A stretch of 63,865 bases of DNA, counting the filler, from Saprolegnia diclina VS20 (lineage: Eukaryota), in NCBI RefSeq assembly GCF_000281045.1. It is 7 parts of 3 records of this genome, joined end to end, with 100 filler letters (N's around TTAATTAATTAA, not from the genome) between each part and the next. Parts side by side here need not be neighbours in the genome. Positions count along the whole stretch, not along the records: positions 58,795 to 62,427 come from NW_008246118.1; positions 62,528 to 63,865 come from NW_008246121.1; 5 more parts are not named here. One strand, 5' to 3'. The number at the start of each line of letters is the position of its first letter. Within the stretch, counting starts at the first letter, position 1. Positions 60,971 through 63,865 of the stretch are shown piece by piece. The notes beneath the pieces were generated by a model. The model made no database searches and was not told where the DNA came from. It saw nothing but the letters and a program-made list of their open reading frames with translations. Made by a program: the position numbers and the translations under genes.

Positions 60971-63283
60971 NNNNNNNNNNNNNNNNNNNNNNNNNNNNNN
61001 NNNNNNNNNNNNNNNNNNNNNNNNNNNNNNNNNNNNNNNNNNNNNNNNNNNNNNNNNNNNNNNNNNNNNNNNNNNNNNNNNNNNNNNNNNNNNNNNNNNN
61101 NNNNNNNNNNNNNNNNNNNNNNNNNNNNNNNNNNNNNNNNNNNNNNNNNNNNNNNNNNNNNNNNNNNNNNNNNNNNNNNNNNNNNNNNNNNNNNNNNNNN
61201 NNNNNNNNNNNNNNNNNNNNNNNNNNNNNNNNNNNNNNNNNNNNNNNNNNNNNNNNNNNNNNNNNNNNNNNNNNNNNNNNNNNNNNNNNNNNNNNNNNNN
61301 NNNNNNNNNNNNNNNNNNNNNNNNNNNNNNNNNNNNNNNNNNNNNNNNNNNNNNNNNNNNNNNNNNNNNNNNNNNNNNNNNNNNNNNNNNNNNNNNNNNN
61401 NNNNNNNNNNNNNNNNNNNNNNNNNNNNNNNNNNNNNNNNNNNNNNNNNNNNNNNNNNNNNNNNNNNNNNNNNNNNNNNNNNNNNNNNNNNNNNNNNNNN
61501 NNNNNNNNNNNNNNNNNNNNNNNNNNNNNNNNNNNNNNNNNNNNNNNNNNNNNNNNNNNNNNNNNNNNNNNNNNNNNNNNNNNNNNNNNNNNNNNNNNNN
61601 NNNNNNNNNNNNNNNNNNNNNNNNNNNNNNNNNNNNNNNNNNNNNNNNNNNNNNNNNNNNNNNNNNNNNNNNNNNNNNNNNNNNNNNNNNNNNNNNNNNN
61701 NNNNNNNNNNNNNNNNNNNNNNNNNNNNNNNNNNNNNNNNNNNNNNNNNNNNNNNNNNNNNNNNNNNNNNNNNNNNNNNNNNNNNNNNNNNNNNNNNNNN
61801 NNNNNNNNNNNNNNNNNNNNNNNNNNNNNNNNNNNNNNNNNNNNNNNNNNNNNNNNNNNNNNNNNNNNNNNNNNNNNNNNNNNNNNNNNNNNNNNNNNNN
61901 NNNNNNNNNNNNNNNNNNNNNNNNNNNNNNNNNNNNNNNNNNNNNNNNNNNNNNNNNNNNNNNNNCTCGCCGGTCCGTGGCTGCGCAGGCGGCGGCGCGG
62001 GGGCTCGTCTGGCTCTTCTGTCGTCGCCCTACGACGCTTGTGGCCGCGGGTGAGGCCCGTGACGACACGGTCGGTCAAATCTGACGCGCAGTTGGTCCAA
62101 GAATGGAGGCGGAGTTGCCTTGTGGCGACGGACGAGATACGACGCGGTGTAGTAGGCGTACCAGCGCTCTACTGGCGCGATAGGTCGCTCGGTAGGCTGG
62201 GAAGAAAGGCCAATGGACCGGACATCGTGTCCAACGGTAACTTGCGTGGGCAGATGTTGACAACGTCTGGCGTCAAGGAGGTCGTGATTGAAAAGATCTT
62301 GATCACCACTCCTACTGAGTGACGGTCTTTTAACGTCATGGATTGTGTTATTACTGTGTTTTGTTGTCCTTGCAACGTCACTGTATCGAAACACCACCAG
62401 TTCCGCTCCGTGTGACATCCTACACCGNNNNNNNNNNNNNNNNNNNNNNNNNNNNNNNNNNNNNNNNNNNNTTAATTAATTAANNNNNNNNNNNNNNNNN
62501 NNNNNNNNNNNNNNNNNNNNNNNNNNNGAAAAGAGTCATTTGATATAATTTTAAAAAAGCCTTTTCAAAGAGTCTTTTCAAAGAGTCTTTTAAAAGGGAG
62601 GTCATTCGAATGACTCTATAGTGGTAGCTGTACCGAACATTCTGAAAGCGGTGAGTGGAGGAGTCGAAAACACGTGCCCTTGGATCACTCACCACCGCAC
62701 GATTTGCTGAATAGGGAACGCTTTTACTAACACTATCGTAAGGAATACAGTGGGGTCGTTGCATGTACAAGAGCACCTCATAAGTTGTCTGGTGCTTGAC
62801 AGGACCCATTCACTAGTTTCTTGCTATTGGCCAAGGCACATTTTAATGGGCGTCAATGATACCAGTTTAGGTACCACTCTAGCCTCCTGAAATAGTGGCA
62901 AAGGCGAGCATTCAGGTAGAAGTCGACATTTCGAAAACAGAGCAAACCGAGGATGGACATGACATCGAAGGCGTCAAGTAATAGCTCATCAAAACCAACC
63001 CTTTATTGTTGATGCGTCGTTAGGTGGGTCAACGTACCTGCAAACATGTCCGTAATGTTCACAAAGCAAGGCAGGTTCCTAGGACACCTTCCACGAGTTA
63101 CAACTGGTCGATCCATAGTTGCAGGGCTCTTCCACGCAATGCACCGATGCTTCGCCACATCATCGGACGAAGCATGTCGCGCACTGATGCGATGGCAAGC
63201 GGCGTTGGACGAGGGCTAGGGCAATCGCGTAACCACGCGACACACGCGGCCACCATATGGCGTCGCGCCGCGCCAAGATCGTC

Positions 63284-63299
63284 GCTCACTTTTGCATTT
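63284..63299 (+). promoter_or_regulatory. Oomycete Inr/FPR core promoter
   Basis: GCTCACTTTTGCATTT lies 22 nt upstream of the ATPase ATG. Confidence 0.75.
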
Positions 63300-63321
63300 G
63301 CGGTCGCCTGCAACGACAACC

Positions 63322-63865
63322 ATGGCAGCGTATCAACCCATGACGACGCCCAACGATGCGAAAAACTACGTCAACGAGGCCGGTCAGATTGAGTGGGGCG
63401 CCATGCCACTCAACGCCGCCCTTGACAAGCTCAAGGCGACCCGCGACGGCTTGACGTCGGCCGAGGCCGAGAAGCGCCTCATCGAGCACGGACCCAACGC
63501 CCTGCCCAAGAACGAGGTCAACAAGTGTATGGTCTTCCTCGGCTTCATGTGGAACCCGCTCTCATGGGCCATGGAGGTCGCGGCCATTCTCTCGATCATC
63601 TTGCTCGACTACCCGGACTTTGCCTTGATCCTCGGTCTTTTGCTGCTGAACGCGTGCATCGGTTTCTTTGAGGAGATCCAGGCGGGCGATGCTGTCGCGG
63701 CGCTCATGGGTCAGCTTGCGCCCGAGTCCAAGGTCTTCCGCGACGGCGCCATGGTCAACATTCCCGCGAGCCAGCTCGTGCCCGGCGACGTGATTCGCAT
63801 TCGTCTCGGTGATGTGCTTCCAGCCGATGTCAAGTTCCTTGAAGGCGATCCGGTCAAGATCGACC
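63322..63865 (+). CDS. P3A-type plasma-membrane H+-ATPase, 5' part (runs off window; absent from ORF track)
   Basis: GLTSAEAEKRLIEHGPNALP, FLGFMWNPLSWAMEVAA, GFFEEIQAGDAVAALM, VFRDG, LVPGDVIRIRLGDVLPAD, VKID. Confidence 0.95.
   Translation, partial: MAAYQPMTTPNDAKNYVNEAGQIEWGAMPLNAALDKLKATRDGLTSAEAEKRLIEHGPNALPKNEVNKCMVFLGFMWNPLSWAMEVAAILSIILLDYPDFALILGLLLLNACIGFFEEIQAGDAVAALMGQLAPESKVFRDGAMVNIPASQLVPGDVIRIRLGDVLPADVKFLEGDPVKID

Noticed and set aside
62529..62620. Short cttttcaaagagt tandem and gtcattcgaatgac palindrome (possible MITE end)
   Set aside because: It is truncated by a gap, with no partner terminus or TSD visible.

Overview
Intron-rich eukaryotic DNA from an oomycete, most likely Saprolegniales (Saprolegnia-like). 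The call rests on short GT-AG introns, Inr/FPR core promoters, elicitin-like and mastigoneme-like genes, and tandem beta-lactamase-like genes. It is a draft scaffold with sized N gaps and six 100-bp 44N-TTAATTAATTAA-44N linkers. In order, the window holds: a PAN/apple repeat protein (partial), two serine beta-lactamase-like genes, presequence protease, ISN1, a multi-TM gene fragment, a U2 snRNA, a 9-exon secreted EGF/beta-fibre/S74 protein, a coiled-coil/START-like gene, an LRR fragment, two PLAC8 genes around a RING1-like gene, an LRR+EF-hand gene, a hypothetical tail-anchored protein, Tom40, four MGC-start PX-domain genes, three GPI-type elicitin-like genes with a LINE relic, a large mastigoneme-like EGF gene, a defective hAT transposon with an 8-bp TSD, a ZIP transporter on a terminally redundant contig, and the 5' end of a plasma-membrane H+-ATPase. 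The best candidate for an undescribed system is 13477-16797. It is a spliced, signal-peptide-bearing gene that joins a mastigoneme-type EGF head to a Gly-rich beta-repeat shaft and an intact phage-tail-fibre-type self-cleaving S74 chaperone, suggesting a eukaryotic secreted trimeric fibre. All family calls come from motif recognition; no searches were run.
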